The notes under the pieces: model-generated | The model's database searches: none | What the model saw: only the letters and a program-made list of their open reading frames with translations | Told to the model about the DNA's origin: nothing | Position numbers and translations under genes: made by a program | Shown: in pieces, positions 12,189 to 24,517 of the stretch | Layout of the letters: each line of letters opens with the position of its first letter | How positions within the stretch are numbered: the first letter of the stretch is position 1 | NCBI GenBank assembly: GCA_002269645.1 | Contig: NIVC01000268.1 | Coordinates: 248,001 to 312,000, forward strand | DNA length: 64,000 bases | Reading direction: 5' to 3' | Origin: Macrostomum lignano | Lineage: Eukaryota

Positions 12189-12214
12189 GTGTGTGTGTGT
12201 GTGTGTGTGTGTGT
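12189..12214. repeat. (GT)n microsatellite
   Basis: Read directly. Confidence 0.95.
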
Positions 12215-13832
12215 TTGAGCTTATGTTTTATGGTATCGTGATTGGTGTCAGTAATTTAATATGACTTCTCGTTGCTTTGTTGTTTCTTTGCATTTAAAAA
12301 TTAACGAAATAAAAGAATCCAATTATAGAATCAAATATTATAGCTTCAGAAAAGACAGTAAATAATTCTATCGATTAAATCAAAGTAAAAATTTATTACT
12401 TATTGATACCTTTTGAATTTCCCCACTGCTAATAATTTTTAAACTAGTTAATAGCAAACCAGCAGCGCACTAATAAGAAATTTAGGAGAATAGCTATTTA
12501 ATTATCTGAGAGTTTATATTATTAGATATAGGCTTAGCTGACTGCAAAGTAATTCTTTATATATAGTAGCACATGCTAAAAAGCATTTTTTTAAATTTTT
12601 AATTGAAAAAAGTAGAGCTTACAAAAATGACTAAACAGCAGGAAAACTTAGCAAATGGTATAATTATATAATACAGCATATTTTATACAAATTTGTTACG
12701 AATAAACCAGAAGATTACAAACAAAGACAAGTAAAATAAAAACTATTTTTTATTATATAATAAATTCAAGCTACTCTACTGATGGCAAGTAGAAAGTAGC
12801 GCAAATAAACAAGTTGAAGCTGATATTAAAAACAAATAAAATTTACAATTCTTAGAATTCAAACTTAGATGCTTGATATTATGACTAATAATAATAGAAT
12901 TCAACTAAAAGCAAGGTAGGACGAAACAAAATATTCGAGATATAGTCCAACACAAAATATGAAACAAATCAGGGCTTATTTATTTCTAAGATAGAAATTA
13001 AATACTTTAAAGTCACGACTTAATTGCTATTGTTTGCACTTCCTGTGAGACTTAAAATAATTGAGAAATATATATATAATAATTTTATTATTGTAAAATT
13101 AAAGTGAGGTTAATTAAAGGAAAAACCCGCGAGTCACCTGCTTTCTACTACAAGTAGTACGGATTCGCGGCCATAAACGACATTTTTATAGTTAAAAGCG
13201 GAAGCAATTGGTGAAAACTATAAAAATATCGAAAAAAACAGAACAGTATAAAAACACATCATTCCCCAAAAGTGGAGGAAAACAAGCAGATTAAACAGCT
13301 TTAGAGAAAGCAGTAGTTATTTTCTATTTCTGACGACCACTGAGTGAGGGAACTTGAAATCAAATTGAAAAAAAACTTCAGCTAACCAGAAAACAAACAG
13401 AAATACCACTAGAGAGAAGTTCGATGTGTGCCGAACGAATTTAAACTTTCGGTTATAACGGATAGCTTAGTAAGGAGAGCAAAAATCTGGGCAACACAAA
13501 AAACACAACTAAGACTTGGAAGTAGACGGAACTATTTGGAATTTCACATTTTGCTTATCTGAATAGCCTACCTATAGTAGGCATTATCTAAATCTTTGTT
13601 AAACTATAAACGAATAACTAGATAAGGTAGATCAAGCAATCAATATTGTATTGTAATACGTTTTGTTCGTAAGACATGGATTATTCGCGAAAGATAGACA
13701 TACAGTCTAACTTACTGATGTGTGTGCATCATCTTAACAAGACTTGGTTTCCCTATAAATTCTCTCTAATCAAACTTTCCTAAATCGCATTAAATTCTAC
13801 TCTCATCCTGCTTAAGTCGATTCTCGAATTAG

Positions 13833-14040
13833 TTAGATAACAAACATTGCGTAGACAATGGACACTATCCCGCCCAGCAGCATGGTGCCCAGGTACATTC
13901 TTAAGCCGAAATCGGCCAGCCAAAAATTGCCAATCAGAGCCAAAATGAACGCCGTGGCGGGTAGAAGGCGGCTCAGCGGCAATCTTGACACCTTGGACGG
14001 ACCGGCAAAGCGGCCGGTTTCGTTGAATTCGGACATCATT
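13833..14040 (-). CDS. AGPAT5: AGPAT5 exon 5 (last)
   Basis: Acceptor CCCTGCAG|A restores frame; MMSEFNETGRFAGPSKVSRLPLSRLLP...hydrophobic tail...YAMFVI*. The five exons total 1095 nt = 364 aa. Confidence 0.9.
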
Positions 14041-14076
14041 CTGCAGGGAGTGGGGCTGATTGTTAGTGTGGACTGA

Positions 14077-17000
14077 CTAGGGGATGAGACAGTGAATGGG
14101 GGCGATGAGAGGCAGGGAATGGGGGGATGAGGGAATGGTGGGATGAGGGAATGGTGGGATGAGACAGGAAATGGGGGGATGAGACAGGGAATGGTGGGAT
14201 GAGACAGGGAATGGGGGATGAGACAGGGAATGGTGGGATGAGGGAATGGTGGGATGAGGGAATGGTGGGATGAGACAGGGAATGGGGGGATGAGACAGGG
14301 AATGGTGGGATGAGACAGGGAATGGGGGATGAGACAGGGAATGGTGGGATGAGACAGGGAATGGTGGGATGAGACAGGGAATGGTGGGATGAGGGAATGG
14401 TGGGATGAGACAGGGAATGGTGGGATGAGACAGGGAATGGTGGGATGAGACAGGGAATGGTGGGATGAGGGAATGGTGGGATGAGGGAATGGTGGGATGA
14501 GACAGGGAATGGGGGATGAGACAGGGAATGGTGGGATGAGACAGGGAATGGTGGGATGAGACAGGGAATGGTGGGATGAGACAGGGAATGGTGGGATGAG
14601 ACAGGGAATGGTGGGATGAGGGAATGGTGGGATGAGACAGGGAATGTTGGGATGAGACAGGGAATGGGGGATGAGGGAATGGTGGGATGAGACAGGGAAT
14701 GGTGGGATGAGACAGGGAATGGGGGATGAGACAGGGAATGGTGGGATGAGACAGGGAATGGTGGGATGAGGGAATGGTGGGATGAGGGAATGGTGGGATG
14801 AGACAGGGAATGGTGGGATGAGACAGGGAATGGTGGGATGAGACAGGGAATGGTGGGATGAGACAGGGAATGGTGGGATGAGACAGGGAATGGTGGGATG
14901 AGACAGGGAATGGTGGGATAAGACAGGGAATGGGGGATGAGACAGGGAATGGTGGGATGAGACAGGGAATGGTGGGATGGGACAGGGAATGGTGGGATGA
15001 GACAGGGAATGGTGGGATGAGACAGGGAATGGTGGGATGAGGGAATGGTGGGATGAGACAGGGAATGGTGGGATGAGGGAATGGTGGGATGAGACAGGGA
15101 ATGGGGATGAGACAGGGAATGGGAAATGGTGGGATGAGACAGGGAATAGTGGGATGAGACAGGGAATGGGGGGATGAGGGAATGGTGGGATGAGACAGGG
15201 AATAGTGGGATGAGACAGGGAATGGTGGGATGAGACAGGGAATGGTGGGATGAGACAGGGAATGGTGGGATGAGACAGGGAATGGTGGGATGAGACAGGG
15301 AATGTTGGGATGAGACAGGGAATGGGGGATGAGGGAATGGTGGGATGAGACAGGGAATGGTGGGATGAGACAGGGAATGGGGGATGAGACAGGGAATGGT
15401 GGGATGAGACAGGGAATGGTGGGATGAGGGAATGGTGGGATGAGGGAATGGTGGGATGAGACAGGGAATGGTGGGATGAGACAGGGAATGGTGGGATGAG
15501 ACAGGGAATGGTGGGATGAGACAGGGAATGGTGGGATGAGACAGGGAATGGTGGGATGAGACAGGGAATGGTGGGATGAGACAGGGAATGGTGGGATAAG
15601 ACAGGGAATGGGGGATGAGACAGGGAATGGTGGGATGAGACAGGGAATGGTGGGATGGGACAGGGAATGGTGGGATGAGACAGGGAATGGTGGGATGAGA
15701 CAGGGAATGGTGGGATGAGGGAATGGTGGGATGAGACAGGGAATGGGGGGATGAGGGAATGGTGGGATGAGACAGGGAATAGTGGGATGAGACAGGGAAT
15801 GGGGGGATGAGGGAATGGTGGGATGAGACAGGGAATAGTGGGATGAGACAGGGAATGGTGGGATGAGACAGGGAATGGTGGGATGAGACAGGGAATGGTG
15901 GGATGAGACAGGGAATGGTGGGATGAGACAGGGAATGGTGGGATGAGACAGGGAATGGGGGGATGAGGGAATGGTGGGATGAGACAGGGAATGGTGGGAT
16001 GAGGGAATGGTGGGATGAGGGAATGGTGGGATGAGACAGGGAATGGTGGGATGAGACAGGGAATGGTGGGATGAGACAGGGAATGGTGGGATGAGGGAAT
16101 GGTGGGATGAGACAGGGAATGTTGGGATGAGACAGGGAATGGGGGGATGAGGGAATGGTGGGATGAGACAGGGAATGGTGGGATGAGACAGGGAATGGGG
16201 GGATGAGGGAATGGTGGGATGAGACAGGGAATAGTGGGATGAGACAGGGAATGGGGGGATGAGGGAATGGTGGGATGAGACAGGGAATGGTGGGATGAGG
16301 GAATGGTGGGATGAGACAGGGAATGGTGGGATGAGACAGGGAATGGTGGGATGAGACAGGGAATGGTGGGATGAGACAGGGAATGGTGGGATGAGACAGG
16401 GAATGGTGGGATGAGACAGGGAATGGTGGGATGAGACAGGGAATGGTGGGATGAGACAGGGAATGGTGGGATGAGACAGGGAATGGTGGGATGAGACACA
16501 GGGAATGGGGGATGAGAGACAGGGAATGGGGGATGAGAGACAGGGAATGGGGGGGTGAGGGAATGGTGGGATGAGACAGGGAATGGGGGATGAGGGAATG
16601 GTGGGATGAGACGGAATGGGGGATGAGGGAATGGTGGGATGAGACGGAATGGGGAGATGAGTCACAGGGAATGGGGAGATGAGTCACAGGGAATGGGGAG
16701 ATGAGACACAGGGAATGGGGAGATGAGGGAATGGGGGGATGAGGGAATGGTGGGATGAGACGGAATGGGGAGATGAGTCACAGGGAATGGGGAGATGAGT
16801 CACAGGGAATGGGGAGATGGGTCACAGGGAATGGGGAGATGAGACACAGGGAATGGGTAGATGAGTCACAGGGAATGGGGAGATGAGTCACAGGGAATGG
16901 GGAGATGAGTCACAGGGAATGGGGAGATGAGACACAGGGAATGGGGAGATGAGACACAGGGAATGGGGAGATGAGACACAGGGAATGGGGAGATGAGACA

Positions 17001-17645
17001 CAGGGAATGGGGAGATGAGACACAGGGAATGGGGAGATGAGACACAGGGAATGGGGAGATGAGACACGGGGAATGGGGAGATGAGTCACAGGGAATGGGG
17101 AGATGGTACACACGGAATGGGGAGATGAGACAGGGAATGGGGAGATGAGACAGGGAATGGGGAGATGAGTCACAGGGAATGGGGAGATGAGACACGGGGA
17201 ATGGGGAGATGAGTCACAGGGAATGGGGAGATGGTACACACGGAATGGGGAGATGAGACAGGGAATGGGGAGATGAGACAGGGAATGGGGAGATGAGTCA
17301 CAGGGAATGGGGAGATGAGACAGGGAATGGGGAGATGAGACAGGGAATGGGGAGATGAGACACAGGGAATGGGGAGATGAGTCACAGGGAATGGGGAGAT
17401 GGTACAGGGAATGGGGAGATGAGACAGGGAATGGGGAGATGAGACACAGGGAATGGGGAGATGAGACACAGGGAATGGGGAGATGAGACACAGGGAATGG
17501 GGAGATGAGTCACAGGGAATGGGCAGATGGTACACACGGAATGGGGAGATGAGACAGGGAATGGGGAGATGAGACACAGGGAATGGGGAGATGAGACACA
17601 GGGAATGGGGAGATGAGTCACAGGGAATGGGGAGATGACACAGGA
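14077..17645. repeat. 3.5-kb G-rich intronic minisatellite: 20/16-bp units GATGAG(ACAG)GGAATGGTGG, then about 22-bp units GAGATGAGACACAGGGAATGGG
   Basis: Fills almost all of AGPAT5 intron 4 (14041-17662); source of the spurious 860-890 aa ORFs. Confidence 0.97.
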
Positions 17646-17662
17646 AATGAAATGAAACCAAC

Positions 17663-18114
17663 CTGTCTTTCTCAGCGAAGACTCCATGCAGCCAGCTGGC
17701 CACCTCCTCCTGATTTCGCCTGGGCACCAGATCCATAGGCAGTCTACGCAGATGAATATGCAGCGTGCGACGCCGTTTAAACCAGGAGAACAATTGTGGC
17801 ACGTTTTTACCACCGGTGAAGCCTTCATAAGCGATGGTGATGTCATACACTGCGTCAAAATAGTTAGCCAGAGTGTTGAGAGTCAGGTAGGTGCCTTTTA
17901 CTCGCGGAGTCAGGTGGTAGCGCAGCTGCTGCAGCCCGTGGCTGGTGGCGAACTCCTGAGACTTTTTAATCACCGCCGGTTTATCATAGTTAATCCGGGT
18001 GCCCTCGGGGAAAATGATCACCCAGGAATTGGTGTTGTTGGCTTCGAGCGATTTCAGCGAGCGGACAGCTTGATCGGCTTTGAATTCGCTGCGATTGACG
18101 AATATGCAGCCGTG
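17663..18114 (-). CDS. AGPAT5: AGPAT5 exon 4
   Basis: HGCIFVNR...IFPEGTR...HLTPRVKG...AVYDITIAYEG...LHGVFAEKDR (motifs II-IV); donor AG|GTTGGT, phase 2. Confidence 0.95.
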
Positions 18115-18154
18115 CTGCGAATTGGAATGGGGGCAGCGGGCTGTATGGGGGAAT

Positions 18155-18585
18155 GAGGCTGGCCTAGCAACTGGGGATCTGGGAGGCTGGCCTAGCAACT
18201 GGGGATCTGGGAGGCTGGCCTAGCAACTGGGGATCTGGGAGGCTGGCCTAGCAACTGGGGATCTGGGAGGCTGGCCCAGCAAATGAGGATCTGGGAGGCT
18301 GGCCTAGCAACTGGGGATATGGGAGGCTGGCCCAGCAACTGGGGATCTGGGAGGCTGGCCCAGCAACTGAAGCTCTGGGAGGCTGGCCCAGCAACTGAGA
18401 ATCAGGACTCAGGAGGCTGGCCTAGCAACTGGGGATTTAGGAGGCTGGCCTAGCAAATGGGGATTTAGGATGCTAGCTTAGAATTGGGGATCTGAGAGGC
18501 TGGCCTAGAAATTGGGGATCTGGGAGGCTGGCCGAGAATTGAGGATCTGGGAGGCTGGCCTAGCAACTGGGAATCTAGGAGGCTC
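18155..18585. repeat. Intronic minisatellite, 28-bp unit CTAGCAACTGGGGATCTGGGAGGCTGGC
   Basis: Tandem copies in AGPAT5 intron 3. Confidence 0.95.
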
Positions 18586-18665
18586 GTAGTCTAAACAGCT
18601 AATTCCACAAGTTCAATGCATTTAGCTCGTATGAAAACGATAGAATTGCAAGATAGTGCCCTCAC

Positions 18666-18781
18666 CTGATAGAAATAGTAGCCATAGTACGGTATGTACT
18701 TTAATTCGTTTTTAAGCAGATAGCGCGACCGCCCAATGCCACCCTGGCGAGCTATCAGCATGTCCGTGATGATCCAGTCGA
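18666..18781 (-). CDS. AGPAT5: AGPAT5 exon 3
   Basis: Acceptor TTTCAG|TC completes NHQSSVDW; reads RYLLKNELKYIPYYGYYFYQ; donor CAG|GTGAGG. Confidence 0.92.
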
Positions 18782-19072
18782 CTGAAAGAAATGAGTAATT
18801 ATAATTGAAAACTTTATTCAATGTCTGAACTTACGCTGAATCTAGCAAAAATTAGTCAAGTTTGAACAGTAAACTTTGCCTTTTGGAATTCAGAAAGAAA
18901 TTGATTAAATTGTTTTAAGTTCGAGTTGAAGTTCAAAGTTTTCTTAAAACAAAGTGCAAACATTTTAATGTAAAAAAACTTATCTATCAATGACAGTGTT
19001 AGGTAGGCAGACAGACAACACAAATAGAATACTATGTATAAAGCATAATATCATAAACAAATATTAACATAC

Positions 19073-19154
19073 CTGAAGACTGATGATTAGAAAAGTACAG
19101 TACTCGCTCCTTCTTCTTGAACAAATCATCAATGCTGTCGCCATAAAGAATTAT
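19073..19154 (-). CDS. AGPAT5: AGPAT5 exon 2
   Basis: Acceptor TTTCCCACAG|ATA; IILYGDSIDDLFKKKERVLYFSNHQSS (acyltransferase motif I NHQS); donor G|GTATGT, phase 1. Confidence 0.92.
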
Positions 19155-19233
19155 CTGTGGGAAAAAATAATAAAGTTTACAGTACAGTGATAATTGATCA
19201 ATACAATAAGGCCCAACTACAACAGATAGTTAC

Positions 19234-19470
19234 CTTAGTCTGAGCCAGATACTCATAAAAAAACAATACAGTCCATTGATAAGATGAGTACAACTTCTCA
19301 TCGAGGTAATTGTACAATTTGAATGGCATAAAGATTGACACCAGGCGAATGATGAACCATAGCAATAGAAATGGGGGTGCTGCAGGGATAAGAACTGCAA
19401 CAGCCAGCATCAAGAGGCAGAGAGATTTGGCGTCCCAAGTCTCTGCATCTGCTTTGCTTGATGACGACAT
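19234..19470 (-). CDS. AGPAT5: 1-acylglycerol-3-phosphate acyltransferase 5, exon 1
   Basis: MSSSSKAD...PAAPPFLLLWFIIRLVSIFMPFKLYNYLDEKLYSSYQWTVLFFYEY matches the AGPAT5 N-terminus; donor AAG|GTAACT, phase 0. Confidence 0.88.
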
Positions 19471-22393
19471 TGTGATTCGACTTAGAAACCAGGATTTGAG
19501 TTGCACATGCAAAAACAGAATTATGAATCATTAAACAAGGGTTTGACTTGTCTCTTATGTTCTCTGCCAAATTTTTCAGTTTATTACATTATTTTAACTT
19601 GCATATAAAATCATGGGCAACTATTAAAATGATACTAGGCCCTACCCCGCCCTAGGCTTCTATACATTTCAGTAACTGCCATTTTGCATATTTATGATAT
19701 TAAGAATATACTTTAAAATACAAAATAATTAAAGCTTTTGATATTGATTTGATATTAATTATTTGGCCTAACTTTGTAAAACTGTATTGCAAATTGTCTT
19801 TGTCTTTAGCATCAATTGATAATAGTGTCGGAGTATTTATAGAAATAGCAGCCATGTCTATTAATGTTGGAGCTTATAGGCAGGTCTGCCATATAAGCAC
19901 AAATGGTACCATTGCTTTAAGTTTTGGCAATAGACTGTCACTATCTTCAGTGTCAAATAAATTCTATATTAGAAACATGGCCACTCTTTGTCTTTAAGTG
20001 TGAACTCATTTAGTATTAATGACATGGCCTAACCATGTCTATAAATATAAACTTAGTCACTATTATGGACATGGCTACTATTTCTATAAGTTTTTAGATT
20101 ATAGACATGGCCATTGTGTCTTTAAGCATGGCTAGTGTTAATAGCTAGTTAACTAGCTAAGTGTAAATAGTATTGTATCTAATGTCAATGTGAGACATTT
20201 AAATTTCCAAATTGGTTCTTTAGAAAAACAATGTAAGCCTTCAAGAGCCTGTCATTAATGACAGCCCTATATACTAAATAAATAATAAATAAACTCTTAT
20301 TATTATTAAGTTTCAGGTATAAACTATAAAATCTATATTCTATACAGGTCTACTTTATCTTTGATCATTAGAATTAAAAAAGGAAGGGTTTACAACTGGA
20401 CCTACTTGTTTAGCAAGGCATTTTAAAGCTATATGCTAGTGGCATAAGCTTAATTTTAAGTATGATCAGTGGTCACATTAATTTGGGGCTAAATTAGAAT
20501 CTTGGTTTGGGTCTGCTTATGCAATTAGTGCCCTTGGGCTTAAGGGCCAACTCCTAAAATACAGTAAAATGTACCTGTCTATGCCTAAGATCTTTGAACT
20601 TATTAGCCAAGGCAAGGCTCTTCTTCTAAATGGCTCTATTAGTATTAGGCTTAGGAATTGAATTTTCTTGTCAGTCTGGATCTGGAATGGATCTAAAATG
20701 GTTTAGAAAATAATGCCTATGACATCATTAAGTAATTGATGACAATTTATATTGAGCCAAGTAGGCCTAGTAGCCTAAGCCTAGGACCCTAGGTCTACAT
20801 TAATACAATACGAGGCCGAGTAGCGTCCATTGAAGATGGTGGAGGACATGAGATCATGCGATTTAATGGGTAGGGATTTTTTAAGAATAGGCTTATAGGC
20901 CCAACACAAATTCTATCGACAAAGCCACCAAACAATGAATGTATACAGCTAACAATTCATTCACTTCAATTAATATCAATCACACCACCAGTAACACTTG
21001 AATCACGACAGATCGCGTGATACAGAAATTTTTAAATATTATTATTACATTTCCTGCTCCTTGCTTTATACGAAACAGTTAGCGATGTCTGTATATTTTC
21101 AGTAATCAATTAACGTAGTGTTTCCGCTTAATTTTCAGTTTTTAAATACCATTTGTTTTAATCTAAGAATACTTGAAATACGGCTGTAATAACGAAACAT
21201 GATGTTGATAAAATGCAAGTTTCAGGCGGCAATCGAGTCCTCCTATGATTGCGAAAATAAGAAAAACTAATGTGATTCAACAGTTGTATTTTTTCATTTT
21301 CTGTGACAAAATTAATAAAAATTGACCTACGTTATGTACATGTCACATGTAAAGAAAGGGGTTTCGGAACATATCCGGGATTTGGGAGGCAGGCAGCTGC
21401 TGGCCGGTGCATTGAGATAATTGAGGCATTGAGGCAATTGAGATAAAGCTCTCAGCTCAACTACGATGGAGATTCATCTATTAGAAGTCAAGGTTGGTCA
21501 AAGAACTCCAGAAAGAGCAAGTTCTTCTCCTTCAGTGCGACAAAATCTCTCCTACCAGAGAGCGGCGCTTTATACACACGTGCACATACGTATTGTTATA
21601 GCTGTATCGTATGCAAGGCGCTAAAAGATCGATCGTTTTTTTCATGATTTAACCAACGCCTAGCGACTGTGGAAGCTGTAATTGTATTGCCTAAACACAT
21701 ATCCTTACATGTACTCGTACATCATCTGCATTTTGTACATGTGTAGTTTACTACTAGTGAAAGATTTCAAATAATTTACAACAGCCATAAAATTGCGGTC
21801 ATTGCTGCAGCCATCATATTAAAATGTACTGATTAAACCTGCAGCAAACTGCACTGTGGGATTGTCTCTAAAACCTCTTTTCATACCAATGAGACCCCTC
21901 TCGAAGTAGTCACACGTACATTTACAAGCGTATATTTGCTTCACCGAGAAAATTATATTGCAATTTAAAAACCGGGACGAAAGCCGGGACGGCTAACGGG
22001 AATATATGGCGAAGGCACAAAGGTACACTATGGTTGAGAGAGCACGATCGGTATGGCGGAGCTGGCACAGCTGTATATGGGGGCCGAGGGCAACAGATCG
22101 AGGTATGGATCGAGGAGGGCACAGAGGTACATGTCGGGGAGGGCACAAAAGGGCAGTAAAAGCGAACACTTCTCTTTCATTTGATGGAGATGTAGAGCAA
22201 TAATTATGGCAAGTTCATTCACCTGCGATCGGCCTTAAATGAATTTATTACCTTGTTTGAGATTCGAGCTGAACCAAAAAGCGGACCGTAATAGATGCTT
22301 CAATGAAAAATGCGTCTAAAAATGTAAAAACGTAAAAAATGAGTTTTCAAGCTTAATATTCTTACATGTATTTCAAGAAATTCTATGCTACAA

Positions 22394-22715
22394 GGGGTTT
22401 TAGATTATAGTGGTTATAGAGAGCGTCGGACTCACGACTTGAAAAGGTCGGGGGTTCGATCCCCGATCCACTCGAAACAATATTTGTGTCCTTGAGCAAG
22501 ACACTTAACTCTCTGCATTGCTTCAGTTCACCCAGAGCTGTAAAATGGGTGCCAGCATTAGCTGGGGTAATTGAGGGTGTGTGTGGTGACCCTCCAGTCC
22601 CAGCCGTACGCATGCAGCCTTCAGATGCGCCGCGCAATAGCTGAGGCTGAGAGCTGTCGCGGTTGCACATCTGCCCATTATGACAGGTGTAATTGTGACT
22701 GTGACTGTTATTATT
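22394..22715 (+). mobile_element. tRNA-derived SINE with CORE-like central domain
   Basis: A-box-like TAGTGGTTATAGAG; B box GGTTCGATCCC (22453-22463); GTGTCCTTGAGCAAGACACTTAACTCTCTG...CTGTAAAATGGG (22486-22551) resembles the MIR/CORE consensus GTGACCTTGGGCAAGTCACTTAACCTCTCTG...CTGTAAAATGGG; tail (GTGACT)2 GTTATTATT. Confidence 0.75.
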
Positions 22716-22849
22716 CGGGAAATTCTATAATTTAACTGACGTGTAGAATCAAGTGAATTTTATTAGGTGGGTAAGGTTGGTACCAAGGATAAATAAGTAT
22801 TAACATGCGACTGGTATATACTGAATTAGTATTGGCGTGGGGCTGGGAG

Positions 22850-22943
22850 GAGAGGGAAGAGAGAGAGGAGAGAGAAGAGAGAGAAGAGGAGAGAAGTTTA
22901 AAAGGCCTCATTTGGCCCTCGGGCCGGAGTTTGCCCACCGTAG
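22850..22943 (-). mobile_element. Third copy of the hAT-like end plus CT-tract family
   Basis: Reverse complement reads CTACGGTGGGCAAACTCCGGCCCGAGGGCC...CTTCTCTCCTCTTCTCTC. Confidence 0.55.
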
Positions 22944-23289
22944 GAGATGACAAACACTAGCTATGGCGCTTCCACAATGCGGCCCTTGGCCCTGATCCTC
23001 GCGAAAAAATCCCTGGCCTAGCATGGTAGTCCTTGGTTGGTAATTATTTGGCAGAAAAGGCTGCGAACGAGTCTTCAGAGTTTGATCTGTTAGTTGAAAG
23101 TCTTGTAGCGACACCAAGATAATGCTGATGCCGCTTTGTATAAAAGCTAGCTGTCACTCCATATACAGTTCAGGTGGAAGTACAGCATGTGCTACAAAAA
23201 GAATTTTAAAGTGCTTCAAAAATTGGACTAACTTGAGTTTGCTGCACTGAAGTACGAGTACAGTACGAAGCTAATTTTTTGCAGATTCT

Positions 23290-24465
23290 TGCAATGCTTT
23301 GACTCCGTCAGCCGGGCGGCCATTGTGGCTCCTGCAGCAGCATGGAGTTCCTCAGCTGCTGGTCCAGGCGATCATGCATGGACCTCTACAGCTCGCCCAA
23401 GGCTATTTGTCCAGACTGACCACACTGCACGGCCCTATACATCTGAATTTGTCACTACCTCCAGGGTCCTGCAAGGCGACACATTATCCCCCGTTTCTAT
23501 TTGTCGATCATCCATATCGACTACGTCATGCGGCTGGCTCTGCGCGACGAAGACGGCTATTAAGTGGTGCCTCGCCGTAGCTCCCGCTTCTAGCTGTGTC
23601 AAGCTGATCGACCTGCCTCGCCTACGCCGACGACCTGGCGCTGACCTGCTGCAGCCCCGAAGCTGCGCAGAGGGTGGTAAGTCGGCTGACGCCCACATCA
23701 ACTACGGCAAGACAGAGGTGCTGCATGTTGTTGGCATTGCCAGCTCGATCCTCCGCTGCTTCTGCCAGATGGCAACGCTATCGCCCCGTGCAACCAGTTC
23801 AATGGGCGTCCTGGTGACAAATGACAAATGACAAATGACCCGGATGCCATTGTCAACAACCGCAAGCAGCTGGATGGCGTGGCGGGCCTCCGACCTTCTC
23901 CGCGATCCATCTTCAACTGCAATATATGAAGGTCGCCCTATTCCGCTCGGCAGTTGAGACGTTGCTGACCTAAGAGCTGGAGGCTGTTCCCATGACTGCC
24001 ACTCGTGAGGCGAGCTTGGAGGCCTGCCATCGCCACCTCTTCCACAATGCCCTGGGCATCCGGTTCCCCGAGCGCGTGAGCAACGCCGAGCTGGTAATAA
24101 TAATTCGTTGAGCAGAAAAGCTCAGCTCACTGACGTCGCTCCTGAGTCCCCCCCCGCACCCGCGTACCCCGCCCCCCCCCTCGGTCGCACTCTGCAGAGG
24201 CGACGCCAGATGTTGGTCGGCCACTGCCTGCGTGCCCACACACGGGGCACCGGGCCCCGCTCGCCGACCTGCTGCTCAGCCCGGCTTGTGGGAGACTCCG
24301 CCCGGGCCAGGCTTGCTGCACCACCCTGACTGACACTGAATTCTCACTGACTTGCAGGCTCTGGGCCTTAGCCCTCAGTCTGCAGCTAAAGCTAGCTCGA
24401 CTTAGCTGTTTTCCACAAGCGGTGCTTCACTGACCGGCCCCTGTGCCAGCATCTGCTGAATAATG

Positions 24466-24517
<52 letters not shown>
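23290..24517 (+). mobile_element. Degraded RTE-like LINE 3' fragment with (TAA)n tail
   Basis: Remnants of AFDSVSRAAI, TTSRVLQGDTLSP, INYGKTEVLHV, RRRQMLVGHCLR and a poly(TAA) tail at about 24459-24517; many frameshifts. Confidence 0.8.

Noticed and set aside
13833-16687. Three 860-890 aa minus-strand ORFs (SHPTIP/CLIPPF repeats)
   Set aside because: All three frames are open because the satellite lacks stop triplets. Only 13833-14040 is real (AGPAT5 last exon).
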